From an uncultured Gemmatimonadales bacterium (GTDB taxonomy: Bacteria; Gemmatimonadota; Gemmatimonadetes; Longimicrobiales; RSA9): a DNA stretch of 64,000 nt. The position numbers were made by a program, and so were the translations under genes. The notes under the pieces are model-generated. The model saw nothing but the letters and a program-made list of their open reading frames with translations, was not told the origin of the DNA and did no database searches. This document shows positions 19,358-29,246 of the stretch, piece after piece. Every line of letters starts with the position of its first letter. Within the stretch, counting starts at the first letter, position 1. Location of the stretch: contig OY970192.1 in NCBI GenBank assembly GCA_963708135.1, positions 3,648,001 to 3,712,000 of the forward strand, in the 5' to 3' direction.

Positions 19358-20125
19358 ATGGCGAAGCCGAGAGTGGGAATCTTCGGGCTCACCGGGTGCG
19401 CGGGCGACCAGCTCGTGATCCTGAACTGCGAGGACCGGCTGCTGGATCTCGTGGAGCTGCTCGACGTGCGGGATTTCCTCATGGCCTCCTCGAAGAACGA
19501 CGAGGTCGGCCGCCTGGACATCGCCTTCGTCGAGGGCGCCGTCGTCACCGAGCGCGACGAGCGGGCGCTCCTCCAGGTCCGCGACCGCGCCACCACGCTC
19601 GTCGCCCTCGGGACCTGCGCCGCATGGGGGGGCATTGCCGGCGGCGGGCCCGACGCCGAGCGCGCGGCGCTGTTCCGCGAGATCTACGGCGCGGGCGGCC
19701 CGCCGCCGGTGGCGGGCCCCGCGCGCGCCCTCGACGCCGTCGTGGCCGTCGACCTCGCGATCACCGGTTGTCCGATCGAGCGGGAGGAGTTCCTCTCCGC
19801 CGTCGCGCACCTGCTGAACGGAAACCCGCCGCTGCCATCCCCCGTGCCCGTGTGCACGGAGTGCCGGATCCGCGAGAACCGCTGCCTGCTGCTGCGCGAC
19901 GGGCAGCTCTGCTGCGGCCCGGTGACCGCCGGCGGGTGCGCGGCGCGCTGCCCCTCCCTCGGCATTCCCTGCATCGGCTGCCGCGGCCCGGCGCCGGACG
20001 CGAACTACGCGTCCGCCCTGGCCCTCTTCCGGTCCAGGGGCCTCGAGCGAGGCGAGGTCGCGCGCCGGCTGGGCGCCTTCGCCCCCGCGGCCCTCGCGGC
20101 CGCCCGCATGGAGGTGCACCAATGA
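19358..20125 (+). CDS. hydD: Group 3b hydrogenase small (delta) subunit
   Basis: LTGCAGDQL; FVEGAV; ALGTCAAWGG; GCP; VCTEC; GPVTAGGCAARCP; CIGCRGP. Confidence 0.9.
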   Translation: MAKPRVGIFGLTGCAGDQLVILNCEDRLLDLVELLDVRDFLMASSKNDEVGRLDIAFVEGAVVTERDERALLQVRDRATTLVALGTCAAWGGIAGGGPDAERAALFREIYGAGGPPPVAGPARALDAVVAVDLAITGCPIEREEFLSAVAHLLNGNPPLPSPVPVCTECRIRENRCLLLRDGQLCCGPVTAGGCAARCPSLGIPCIGCRGPAPDANYASALALFRSRGLERGEVARRLGAFAPAALAAARMEVHQ

Positions 20126-21429
20126 GCACGACGACGATCCGCGTGGACCACCTCGCCCGCGTGGAGGGGCACGGCGGCATCACGGTCGAGCTCGACGGCG
20201 CGCAGGTCGGCGACGTCCGCTTCGACGTCTTCGAGGGGCCGCGGCTGCTCGAGGGGCTGCTCCGGGGACGGCGCTACGACGAGGTCGCGCCGTTCGTGTC
20301 GCGCATCTGCGCGATCTGCTCGGCGGCCCATCTGCTCACCTCGCTCAAGGCGACGGAGGCGGCCTTCGGTATCCGGCCCAGCGCGCGCACCGAGCTGCTG
20401 CGCGAGCTCCTGTTCCGGGGCGAGAGCATCGAGAGCCACGCGCTGCACGTCTTTCTGCTCGCCCTGCCCGACTATCTCGGCTATCCGAGCGCCACGTTCA
20501 TGGCGGCGGAGCATGCGGAGGCCGTGCGACTCGGGCTACGGCTGAAGGCGCTCGGGAACCAGGTGCAGGAGGCCCTCGGCGGGCGGGCGATCCATCTCGT
20601 GAATCCCGTCCCCGGCGGCTTCGCCTCGCCGCCCGCGGAGCCGGCGCTGATCGCGCTGCGGGACGCGCTGCGGAAGGGCGTCGAGGACGTGAACGCCGCG
20701 CTCGACCTGCTGACCTGGCTGCCGCCGCTCGAGGTGTGCCGCGCGGAGACGACGTACGCGGCGCTCGAGGCGCCGGACGGCACCGGCTACTACGCGGGCG
20801 ACGTCGTCGTCATCCGGGGTCCCGGCGGCGAGCGCCGGATCCCGGCGGCCGACTATCGCCGGCTGACGAGCGAGCGGACCGTGCCGCACTCCTACGCGCG
20901 CCACAGCAGCTTCGACGGGGCGCCCTTCATGGTGGGAGCGCTGGCGCGGCTGGCGCTGCGGCGGCCTGCGCTCCCGGCCCGGGCCGTGGCGGCGCTCGGG
21001 CGGATCGGCCTCGATCTGCCTTCCGACGACCCGCTCGACAACAACCGCGCCCAGGTCGTCGAGCTGGCCATGGACGTCGACTGGACGCTCGCCGCCGTCG
21101 AGCGGCTGCTCGACGAGGGCCCGCGCACGGAGCCGCCTCCGCCCGTGCGGCCGCGGGCCGGGACCGGCACCGCGATCACGGAGGCGCCGCGCGGCCTGCT
21201 CGTGCACAGCTACACCTACGACGAGAACGGCGTGGTCACCGCCGCGGACGTGATCACGCCGACCGCGATCAACGCGGCGAGCCTCGAGCGGCACCTGCGG
21301 ATCTCGGTCGAGCAGGCGGAGGACCGGGAGACGGCCCCACTCAAGCGACGGCTAGAGATGCTGGCCCGTGCCTACGACCCGTGCATCTCCTGCTCGGTGC
21401 ACGTGGTGCGGGGCGGCGATGGGGCGTGA
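20122..21429 (+). CDS. hydA: Group 3b [NiFe]-hydrogenase large (alpha) subunit
   Basis: ARVEGHG; L1 SRICAICSAAH; EAPRGLLVH; L2 AYDPCISCSVH followed by an 8-aa cleavable tail. Confidence 0.95.
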   Translation: MSTTTIRVDHLARVEGHGGITVELDGAQVGDVRFDVFEGPRLLEGLLRGRRYDEVAPFVSRICAICSAAHLLTSLKATEAAFGIRPSARTELLRELLFRGESIESHALHVFLLALPDYLGYPSATFMAAEHAEAVRLGLRLKALGNQVQEALGGRAIHLVNPVPGGFASPPAEPALIALRDALRKGVEDVNAALDLLTWLPPLEVCRAETTYAALEAPDGTGYYAGDVVVIRGPGGERRIPAADYRRLTSERTVPHSYARHSSFDGAPFMVGALARLALRRPALPARAVAALGRIGLDLPSDDPLDNNRAQVVELAMDVDWTLAAVERLLDEGPRTEPPPPVRPRAGTGTAITEAPRGLLVHSYTYDENGVVTAADVITPTAINAASLERHLRISVEQAEDRETAPLKRRLEMLARAYDPCISCSVHVVRGGDGA

Positions 21430-22693
21430 GCGGCGCTGGCCGCCGCCGTTCCGCCGCTGGTCGCTGACCGCCCAGCTGATCACCAGCTACCTGGTGATCC
21501 TCGGCATCGGCGGGCTCGTCACGTCCGTCATCGGCTCGTGGATCACGAGCAGCGCCTTCATGGCCCAGGCGCAGCCGGGCGTTGAGGCGCTCGCCGCCGC
21601 CGCCCGCAACCGCGTCATCCTCTCCTTCTTCATCCTGGCCACGATCGGTTTCGTCGCCATCATCACGACGACCTACGTCACGACCCGCCGCATTACCCGG
21701 CCGCTCGAGGACATGGCCGAGGCCACGCGCGGCATCGCGGCCGGCCGCTTCGACCAGGAGATCCGCGCCGAGCTGCCCGGCGAGCTCGGGCTGCTCGCCG
21801 GCTCCTTCAACATCATGACCCACTCGCTCCGCCAGATGCGCGGCGACCTCGAGGAGTGGGGGCGTACCCTCGAGGAGAAGGTCGCGCAGCGCACGGAAGA
21901 GCTCATGGAGATGCAGGCACGCGTGGCGCAGTCGGAGCGCCTCGCCTCTCTGGGGATGCTCGCCGCCGGCGTGGCGCACGAGATCAACAACCCGCTGGGC
22001 GGGATCCTGGTGCTCACCTCGCTCACGCTCGAGGACACGCCAGCCGACGACGCGCGCCGGGAGAACCTGGCCGAGGTCGTGCGCCAGACCGAGCGCTGCC
22101 GCGACATCGTCAAGGGGCTGCTCGAGTTCTCCCGCCAGTCGAAGGCCGGGACCGAGCGCGTGGACGTGAACGCCGTGCTGCTCGGCACCCTCACCCTCAT
22201 GGGCAGCCAGGCCCTGCTTCACAACATCGAGATCGTCCGCGATGCCGAGCCCGACCTGCCCGCCGTGCTGGCCGATGCCAGCCAGCTGCAGCAGGTCTTC
22301 ATGAACCTCATCGTCAACGCCGCGCAGGCCATGGACGAGCGCGGCACGCTCTCGATCCGGACCCGGTACCACACCGCCGACGGCCACGTCGAGATCCGCG
22401 TCAGCGATACCGGCAAGGGGATCCCGCCGGAGCAGATCGGCCACATCTTCGACCCCTTCTTCACCACCAAGACGAGCGGCGCCGGCACCGGCCTCGGACT
22501 CTCCATCGTCTTCGGCATCGTGACGAAGTACGGCGGAACCATAGCCGTCGAGAGCGAGCCCGGCCGGGGCACCACGTTCACCATCCGCTTCCCCGCCGCC
22601 CGGGGCCCCGAGCGCCCCGTAGCACCCGACGCGGCCCAGCCCGGCCAGCCCGCCGGGACCGCGCCGGCCGCACCCGCCTCCTCCCGATCATGA
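21419..22693 (+). CDS. Membrane histidine kinase (2 TM, HAMP, HisKA, HATPase) with very short extracytoplasmic loop
   Basis: Two hydrophobic segments; ITRPL...ELGLLAGSFNIM (HAMP); AHEINNPL; NLIVNAAQAM; FDPFFTTK; GTGLGL. Confidence 0.9.
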   Translation: MGRERRWPPPFRRWSLTAQLITSYLVILGIGGLVTSVIGSWITSSAFMAQAQPGVEALAAAARNRVILSFFILATIGFVAIITTTYVTTRRITRPLEDMAEATRGIAAGRFDQEIRAELPGELGLLAGSFNIMTHSLRQMRGDLEEWGRTLEEKVAQRTEELMEMQARVAQSERLASLGMLAAGVAHEINNPLGGILVLTSLTLEDTPADDARRENLAEVVRQTERCRDIVKGLLEFSRQSKAGTERVDVNAVLLGTLTLMGSQALLHNIEIVRDAEPDLPAVLADASQLQQVFMNLIVNAAQAMDERGTLSIRTRYHTADGHVEIRVSDTGKGIPPEQIGHIFDPFFTTKTSGAGTGLGLSIVFGIVTKYGGTIAVESEPGRGTTFTIRFPAARGPERPVAPDAAQPGQPAGTAPAAPASSRS

Positions 22694-23208
22694 GCGGCCG
22701 GGCCGCAGCCCCGCCAGCGGCGGCCAGCACGGGCGCCGCCGCGGAAGCCACCGCCGTCGCGGGGCGGCTCGTGCTCGGTCTCGGCAACCCGCTGGCCGGC
22801 GACGATGGCATCGGCGCCGTGCTCGCCGAGCGGCTCGCCGGCGATCCACGGCTGCCGCCCGATGTCGAGGCGCGCGCCGGCGGTGCCGACCTGCTGCGGC
22901 TCGCGCCCGCGCTCGCCGGACGCCGGCACGTGGTACTCGTGGATGCTACCTTCATTCGTCTCGGGGAGGCGCCGCTCCTCGTCCGCGACCACGCCGCCGG
23001 CTGGCCGGGTGACGCGCAGCGCCACGTCCACGAGCTCTCGCCCCTGGCGGCGCTCGACCTGCTGCGCGTCGTCGTGCCGGCGCTCGCCGCCACCCGCTTC
23101 ACCTGGGCGCTCGTCCCCATCGACGCGTGCCGCCTCGGCCCGGGGCTCTCCCCCGACCTGGCGGACCGGGTGCCGGCCCTCCTCGACGAACTGCTGGCAA
23201 TGCTCTGA
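22690..23208 (+). CDS. Hydrogenase maturation endopeptidase (HycI/HybD family)
   Basis: LVLGLGNPLAGDDGIG; VVLVDA; HVHEL; GLSP; ATGA overlap with the kinase. Confidence 0.88.
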   Translation: MSGRAAAPPAAASTGAAAEATAVAGRLVLGLGNPLAGDDGIGAVLAERLAGDPRLPPDVEARAGGADLLRLAPALAGRRHVVLVDATFIRLGEAPLLVRDHAAGWPGDAQRHVHELSPLAALDLLRVVVPALAATRFTWALVPIDACRLGPGLSPDLADRVPALLDELLAML

Positions 23209-23416
23209 ACGACCGCGGTAGACCCGGACCCTGAGTCCCACGCCCGCCACGGCTTCGACGTCCACGCGCTCGACGCCCGACGACGAGATCGCCCGCGTCC
23301 TGGCCCCCGGCGGGCGTCGGTGCCGACTGTCGGTGCGCCAGTTGCCCGCCCGACTGTCGTCGCCCTATCTTTTCGTTTCTGCTACCGTATCCGTTCCACC
23401 TTCCAGGCGAGGGGTC

Positions 23417-25009
23417 ATGAGGACCTGCCGCACAGCCATCCTGTTCGTGGCGGCCGCCGCCGCCATGCCCGCCGCGCTGCACGCGCAGCAGAGCAGTGCC
23501 CGCCGTGACCGGCCCGAGCGGGCCGAGGCCGCGGCTGCCGCGCCCGCCAAACCCGCCGCGCCGGTGAAGCCGGAGCACGTCACCACGCAGCACACGGCCA
23601 CGATCGGCGGCCAGCGGATCGACTATGACGCAACCGTCGGGGATGTCATCCTGACCGATGGCGACGGCAATCCGACCGCCGCGGTCTACTACACGGCGTA
23701 CACGCGGAAGGGCGTTCGGGATGCGGCCCAGCGGCCGATCACCTTCGCCTACAACGGCGGGCCGGGCTCCTCATCGATCTGGGTGCAGATGGGGGCGTTC
23801 GGGCCGAAGCGGGTGGACATCCCGGACACCGAGCACGCGCCGCCGCCGCCGTACCACCTGGTCGACAACCAGTACAGCCCGCTCGACGTGACGGACCTCG
23901 TCTTCATCGATCCCGTCGGCACCGGCTTCAGCCATCCTCTGGGCAAGGCGACGGGGAAGGACTTCTGGGGGGTCGACCAGGACGTGCAGTCGCTGGCGCA
24001 GTTCATCAGCAAGTACCTGAGCCAGAGCGGGCGCTGGAACTCCCCCCGCTACCTCCTCGGCGAGAGCTACGGGACGACACGCTCCGCGGCGCTGGTGAAC
24101 TACCTCCAGGGGCGCGACAACATGGACTTCAACGGCGTGATCCTGCTCTCCGAGGTGCTGGACTTCGGGACGATCAACTTCAAGCCCGGCAACGAGCTGC
24201 CCTACATCCTCTACCTGCCGTCGTACGCGGCCGTCGCGTGGTACCACGACGCGCTCCCCGACAAGCCCGCGCAGCTCCGGCCGTTCCTGGACCAGGTCGA
24301 GCACTTCGCCACCACCGACTACGCCCAGGCGCTCCTCGCCGGCTCCACCCTCGATGCCCAGACGCGCGCCCGCATCCTCGACCAGCTCCACCGCTTCACC
24401 GGCCTCGACAAGGCCTACCTCGAGAAGGCCGACCTGCGCGTCAACGCCAGCGAGTTCGAGAAGGAGCTCATGCGCGAGAAGGGCGTCGTCATCGGCCGCC
24501 TCGACGCCCGCTTCACCGGCCCCACCATGGACCGGCTCGCCGAGCGCGCGCCCTACGACCCGCAGTCCGCCGACATCAGCTCCGCCTACACTTCGCTGTG
24601 GAACGACTACCTCCACAACGAGCTCGACTTCGGCCAGGAGATGACCTACCACGTCAGCGGGCGCGTGCAGCCGTGGGACTGGAGCCACGGCCAGAGCCGC
24701 GGGTGGCCCGGCTTCACCAACGTCGCCGTGGACCTCTCCGAGGCGCTCCAGTACAACACCAACCTCCACGTGCTGCTCAACAGCGGACTCTTCGATCTCG
24801 CCACGCCCTACTACGCGTCCGAGTACACCATGGACCACCTCGGCCTGCCCGCCGACCTGCAGAGCCACGTCCAGATCCGCGAGTACCAGGCCGGCCACAT
24901 GATGTACGTCAACCCGGCTTCGCTCGAGAAGCTGAAGCAGAACATCGCCGCCTTCATCCAGACCACCTCCGGCGGCGGCGCATCAGGGCCGGTGGCCGCC
25001 GGCCGCTGA
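23417..25009 (+). CDS. Secreted S10-family serine carboxypeptidase
   Basis: Signal peptide; NGGPGSSS; FIDPVGTGFS; GESYG; DLATP; GHMMY. Confidence 0.93.
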   Translation: MRTCRTAILFVAAAAAMPAALHAQQSSARRDRPERAEAAAAAPAKPAAPVKPEHVTTQHTATIGGQRIDYDATVGDVILTDGDGNPTAAVYYTAYTRKGVRDAAQRPITFAYNGGPGSSSIWVQMGAFGPKRVDIPDTEHAPPPPYHLVDNQYSPLDVTDLVFIDPVGTGFSHPLGKATGKDFWGVDQDVQSLAQFISKYLSQSGRWNSPRYLLGESYGTTRSAALVNYLQGRDNMDFNGVILLSEVLDFGTINFKPGNELPYILYLPSYAAVAWYHDALPDKPAQLRPFLDQVEHFATTDYAQALLAGSTLDAQTRARILDQLHRFTGLDKAYLEKADLRVNASEFEKELMREKGVVIGRLDARFTGPTMDRLAERAPYDPQSADISSAYTSLWNDYLHNELDFGQEMTYHVSGRVQPWDWSHGQSRGWPGFTNVAVDLSEALQYNTNLHVLLNSGLFDLATPYYASEYTMDHLGLPADLQSHVQIREYQAGHMMYVNPASLEKLKQNIAAFIQTTSGGGASGPVAAGR

Positions 25010-25024
25010 GCCCCACGCCGGCGC

Positions 25025-25086
25025 GGGCCGACGAGTCGGGAGGGCCGACGAGTCGGGAGGGCCGAACACCGCCCGCCCGACTCGCC
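25025..25086. repeat. 17-bp tandem repeat GGGCCGACGAGTCGGGA x2 plus a partial inverted copy
   Basis: Read directly downstream of the peptidase stop; CCCGACTCG can pair with CGAGTCGGG. Confidence 0.6.
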
Positions 25087-25390
25087 GCCCCCGCCCCCGC
25101 CCCCGGCCCCGAGCCCCGAACCCCAGGTCCCCGCTGCCGCGCACATGCGCCCCATGGGTCAGATTGCCCCCTGCCCGCCCGGAGCCGATGCGACAGAATG
25201 CACCGCATGGCTGCGAAGCTGCCCGAGTCTGACGCAAGAGGATGCATTATGGATCGTAACGACCGGGTACGTGTTCTGCCCGTCTCCAGTACCGATCGGA
25301 GGCGACGGGCGAGGCCGCATGGGCCTCGCGCCGGGGCGGCTGGCGTGCGCCCCGCGCGGCCGCCGGATCCAACCGAAGAAGGAGGGATCG

Positions 25391-25885
25391 ATGCAGCGGA
25401 ACGTGCTGCGACTCGCGGTCGTGGCGGCGGCGGTGCTGTTCGGGTGCCGTTCGCAACCGCCGGCGGAGCAGGCGGCGGGGCAGGTTGCGCCGCCGTCGCC
25501 GGCGGACACGGTGGCGGAGGCGATCCGGGAGTACGACCCGGCGCTCTTCGATACGGTGAGGTGGTCGAGCGACAGCCTCGCTCTGGCGCGGGGCGCGGAC
25601 GTGTTCAAGTGGGCGTGCTCCACCTGCCACGGTGCCCAGGGCCGAGGCAACGGCGGGTACGTCCTGAACGGCGACACGCTGCACCCGCCGTCGTTCCTCG
25701 AGCCGGACTGGCGGTTCGCGCGGGACTCGATGGGGCTGCGGCGGCGGATCTTCATCGGGAACGGCCGGGGGATGCCGCACTGGGGGCTGCGGCACATGGA
25801 GCCGCGCGACATCGTGGCGGTCCAGCGCTACATCCTCTACGGCCTCCGCTCGCCGGCGCGGCTGCAGGCGTCCCGGGGCCGGTAG
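25391..25885 (+). CDS. Monoheme cytochrome c lipoprotein
   Basis: Lipobox-like LFGC; CSTCH; distal Met in GMPHWG; GGAGG RBS. Confidence 0.85.
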   Translation: MQRNVLRLAVVAAAVLFGCRSQPPAEQAAGQVAPPSPADTVAEAIREYDPALFDTVRWSSDSLALARGADVFKWACSTCHGAQGRGNGGYVLNGDTLHPPSFLEPDWRFARDSMGLRRRIFIGNGRGMPHWGLRHMEPRDIVAVQRYILYGLRSPARLQASRGR

Positions 25886-26074
25886 CGAGACCTGGAGGGG
25901 GGAGCGGGCGCCGTTCGCGGCGGCTGACGGTGCCGGGCCCGAGGCCCTGAGGCCGCGGCGCGGATCGCGAGGCCCGGCGGCCGGCCGGGCGCGCGGCGGC
26001 CGCCCGTGGTCCCCCACTCCCCCGCTCGTCCACTCCACCACTCGCCGTCAGGCGGCGGCGCACCGCCGAGGCCG

Positions 26075-27280
26075 CTACGCCCCCTCTCCGGTCATCATGA
26101 ACAGCGGCTTCCCCTTGAACGTCTCGTAGATCGGGCGGAGCCGTTCGGTATTGTAGTAGCGCTCGACGTCCACGAACTTCTTGGGCCCCTTGAGCGCATC
26201 GAGCGGAACGGTGTCGTAGCGGCCGTCGTGGACGCTGACCATGCGACCGAACTGGCGGGAGAGGACGAGGTCGAGGGCGAGGTTGCCGAAGGCCATGGGG
26301 ACAATGGAGTCCATGGCGTCGGGGTCGCCGGAGCGGACGAGGTAGCCGAGGCGCTGGTTGACCACGTCGATGCGCCGTCCGTTGTGGAACTTCGGGGACA
26401 GCTCCTTCAGCGCGTCGGCGAGCTTGTCGCCGATGCCGCCGAGCTTGCGGTGGCCGAACATGTCGGCCTCCTCGCCCTCGAAGCTCATCTCCTCGTGGCT
26501 GGCCATGGTGGCGCCCTCGGAGATGAGCACGACGGAGTAGCGGCTGGGGTTGCGGTTGCGGTCGTAGACGAGCAGCTCGGTGAGGCGCTCGGGGTCGAAG
26601 GGGTGCTCGGGGATGGCGCAGCGGTCGGCCGCGCCGGCCATGGTGGGGAGCAGCGCGGTGAAGCCGGCGTAGCGGCCGAAGACCTCGATGACGAGGAAGC
26701 GCTCGTGCGAGCCGGCGGAGGTGCGCAGCCGGTGCGTCAGCTCGATGGTGCGGGTGACGCAGGTGCTGAAGCCGATGCAGTAGTCGGTGCCCGGCACGTC
26801 GTTGTCCATGGTCTTCGGGATGGCGACGGTCGGCACGCCGAGGTGGTGGAGCTGCAGGGCGTAGGAGAGCGTGTCGTCGCCGCCGATCGGGATGAGCGCA
26901 TCGACGCCGAGGAAGTCGAGGTTCCTCATGACGTCCGGCGTGATGTCGTTGATCTCGTCCGTATAGCGCTCGGCGAGGTGGTCGGGCACGCGCCCGCGCG
27001 GCAGGTGGCTGGGCCTCGTTCGCGAGGTGTGCAGGAAGGTGCCGCCGGTGCGTCCGGCGCGGTTCACGATCGCCTCCGAGAGCTCCTGCACGTTCTCGTT
27101 GTTGTCGGCTCCGTGCTCGGGGAGCATGTCCACGAGCCCGGCCCAGCCGCGGCGGATCCCGAGCACGCGGTACCCCTCGCGCAGGGCTCGCACGGTGATG
27201 GCGCGGATCGCCGGGTTCAGCCCCGGCACGTCGCCCCCGCCCGTCAGGATGGCGATGGTTCCCTTCTTCTCGCTCGGCAT
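26075..27280 (-). CDS. PfkA-family 6-phosphofructokinase with PPi-dependent signature
   Basis: LTGGGDVPGLN; GGTFLHTSR; GGDDT; PKTMDND; EVFGR; LGYLVRSG. Confidence 0.93.
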   Translation of the reverse strand: MPSEKKGTIAILTGGGDVPGLNPAIRAITVRALREGYRVLGIRRGWAGLVDMLPEHGADNNENVQELSEAIVNRAGRTGGTFLHTSRTRPSHLPRGRVPDHLAERYTDEINDITPDVMRNLDFLGVDALIPIGGDDTLSYALQLHHLGVPTVAIPKTMDNDVPGTDYCIGFSTCVTRTIELTHRLRTSAGSHERFLVIEVFGRYAGFTALLPTMAGAADRCAIPEHPFDPERLTELLVYDRNRNPSRYSVVLISEGATMASHEEMSFEGEEADMFGHRKLGGIGDKLADALKELSPKFHNGRRIDVVNQRLGYLVRSGDPDAMDSIVPMAFGNLALDLVLSRQFGRMVSVHDGRYDTVPLDALKGPKKFVDVERYYNTERLRPIYETFKGKPLFMMTGEGA

Positions 27281-27464
27281 CTCGCTCCGACCCCCTGGCT
27301 GCTCGAAAACGGGCCCGCCCGCGCGACCGGTTCACGGGGCGAGCCGGTGTAACCGTTTCCAGGATGGCGACGCCGCGCACCGCGGGCAACCGGCGCACGG
27401 CCCGCCGCGTGGCCAGCGCGGGTGCCTCGCGCCCGTTTGTACCGCGCCACGGTTCCGCGGACGG

Positions 27465-29147
27465 CTACTGTGCGGCCCGGGCCGGGGCGGTGGCCTGGAT
27501 GTGCCGGGCCATCTCGCGGATCAGCGAGCCCGTGGTCTGGCCCTGCCAGCCGTGGCCCTTCTCGGGGCGGCCGAAGTGGAAGGCGCCGGCGTAGTACGGG
27601 GCCGTCGTGGCCTCGAGGAAGTCCTGCATGAGGTAGACGGCGAGATCGAGGTAGAAGTTGTCCATGTCGCCGACGTAGATGTGGATCTTGCCGACGAGGT
27701 GAGGGCCCAGTGTGGCCCAGTTGCGCTGGAGGTAGTCGCGCAGGTCGTAGCCGTGGGCGCGCATGTACTCGGCCACGGCATGGTCGATCGTGCCGGTGCG
27801 CTTGTCCCACAGGGGGGCGGGGTAACCGTCGGGGCCGACGGGGCCGTAGACGGCCTCCCAGGCCTCGAACTGCTGGGCGGAGCGGCCGTGGCTGCCGAGC
27901 ACGGCCTCGAGCTGGCTCATCTGGCGGGTGGTGACCAGCGGCTGGCCGTCGTCGGCGCGCATCATGTAGGTCTCGGGATGGCTCCAGGTGTCGCCGGCCG
28001 GGGCGTAGAAGGCGTTGCTGTCGCGGTAGATGTCGGGGAGCTGATAGCGGCGGAAGTCGATCGGGTCGGGGTAGAGCGTCCAGGTGCCGCCGAAGAACTC
28101 GGGGTGGTAGACCTGGAGGGCGAGGGACTCCCAGCCACCGGTGGAGCCGCCGGTGAGCACGCGTGCCCAGGGCTTGCGGATGATCCGGAAGTGCTCCTCG
28201 ACGTACGGGATCAGCTCCTTGACGATCGCGTCGCCGTAGGGCCCGTCGTTGGCGGAGTTCACGGCGTAGGAGTCGTCGAAGTACGGCGTCGGGTGCTGGA
28301 AGGTGACGGCGATCATGCGGGGGAAGTCGGCGGCGCTCCATTCGCGGTAGAACTCGTGGCCCGTCTCGCGCCCGAGCGCGCGCAGCGCCCGGCGCCGCTC
28401 GGGCGAGACGGCCGTGGACTCGGGGTCGAAGCCGAACGGCGCGCCGAGGCCGAAGTGCCCCTGCTCGTAGATGACGGGGTAGGCGCTGTCCGGCTGCTCG
28501 TCGTAGGCCCTGGGCAGCAGGATGGTCGCGCCGAGGTACATGTCGTGCCCCCAGAACTTCGACAGGAGCTCGCTGCGGATCTTCACCCGCTTCACCCACT
28601 TCGTGTCGGGCGGCTCCCGGACGGGCGGGAGCGCGTGGTCGAGCCGGAGGTGCACGGTCCCGGCACGGGGGTCGAGGTGCACCTTCTCGACCCTGCTGAC
28701 CAGGTTGCCGGGCGAGCGGTTGAACTGCTGCCCCTCCCACTGGTCCATGTGCGCCCAGATCGTATGGCCGTCGGCGCGATGGAACTGCGTGTAGACGTTC
28801 AGAATCGCCTGCACGTAGTAGTCTCCGGCGGGGATCTCGCCGAGCGACGACGTCGGGTAGCCGAGCGTGCCCTGGTCGATCACCGCCTCCTGCCCCGGCG
28901 CGAGGCCGCTCACGTCCACGCCGAAGAGCGGCGGCGAGCCGAACCAGTTGCCGACGCGCAGGCGCGGCTCCGGTGTCGGCGCCTTCGCAATGGCGACGAA
29001 CACGCGCCCCGTCACCGGCCCGGCCGCGAGCGACGCCGGGTACGAGACGAGAATGCGCGGACCGGCCGCCGGAGGCACGGAGGCGGCCAGCAGGAGCGCG
29101 AGCGCGAGAACCGGGACGACGCGGCCAGCGCGGCGGAGCGGGGCCAT
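27465..29147 (-). CDS. Secreted alpha/beta-hydrolase (putative esterase)
   Basis: Signal peptide; GGSTGGW nucleophile elbow; VGDMDNFYL; C-terminal KGHGW; AAGGAGG RBS. Confidence 0.82.
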   Translation of the reverse strand: MAPLRRAGRVVPVLALALLLAASVPPAAGPRILVSYPASLAAGPVTGRVFVAIAKAPTPEPRLRVGNWFGSPPLFGVDVSGLAPGQEAVIDQGTLGYPTSSLGEIPAGDYYVQAILNVYTQFHRADGHTIWAHMDQWEGQQFNRSPGNLVSRVEKVHLDPRAGTVHLRLDHALPPVREPPDTKWVKRVKIRSELLSKFWGHDMYLGATILLPRAYDEQPDSAYPVIYEQGHFGLGAPFGFDPESTAVSPERRRALRALGRETGHEFYREWSAADFPRMIAVTFQHPTPYFDDSYAVNSANDGPYGDAIVKELIPYVEEHFRIIRKPWARVLTGGSTGGWESLALQVYHPEFFGGTWTLYPDPIDFRRYQLPDIYRDSNAFYAPAGDTWSHPETYMMRADDGQPLVTTRQMSQLEAVLGSHGRSAQQFEAWEAVYGPVGPDGYPAPLWDKRTGTIDHAVAEYMRAHGYDLRDYLQRNWATLGPHLVGKIHIYVGDMDNFYLDLAVYLMQDFLEATTAPYYAGAFHFGRPEKGHGWQGQTTGSLIREMARHIQATAPARAAQ

Positions 29148-29246
29148 GGCGGACCTCCTTCTGTGGAATCTCCTCCGGAAGCGGCGCCGGCGGATCGGTC
29201 CTTGCGACCGTTGCAGGCGTGCGGATAGCGCCGACAGGAGGAGAAG

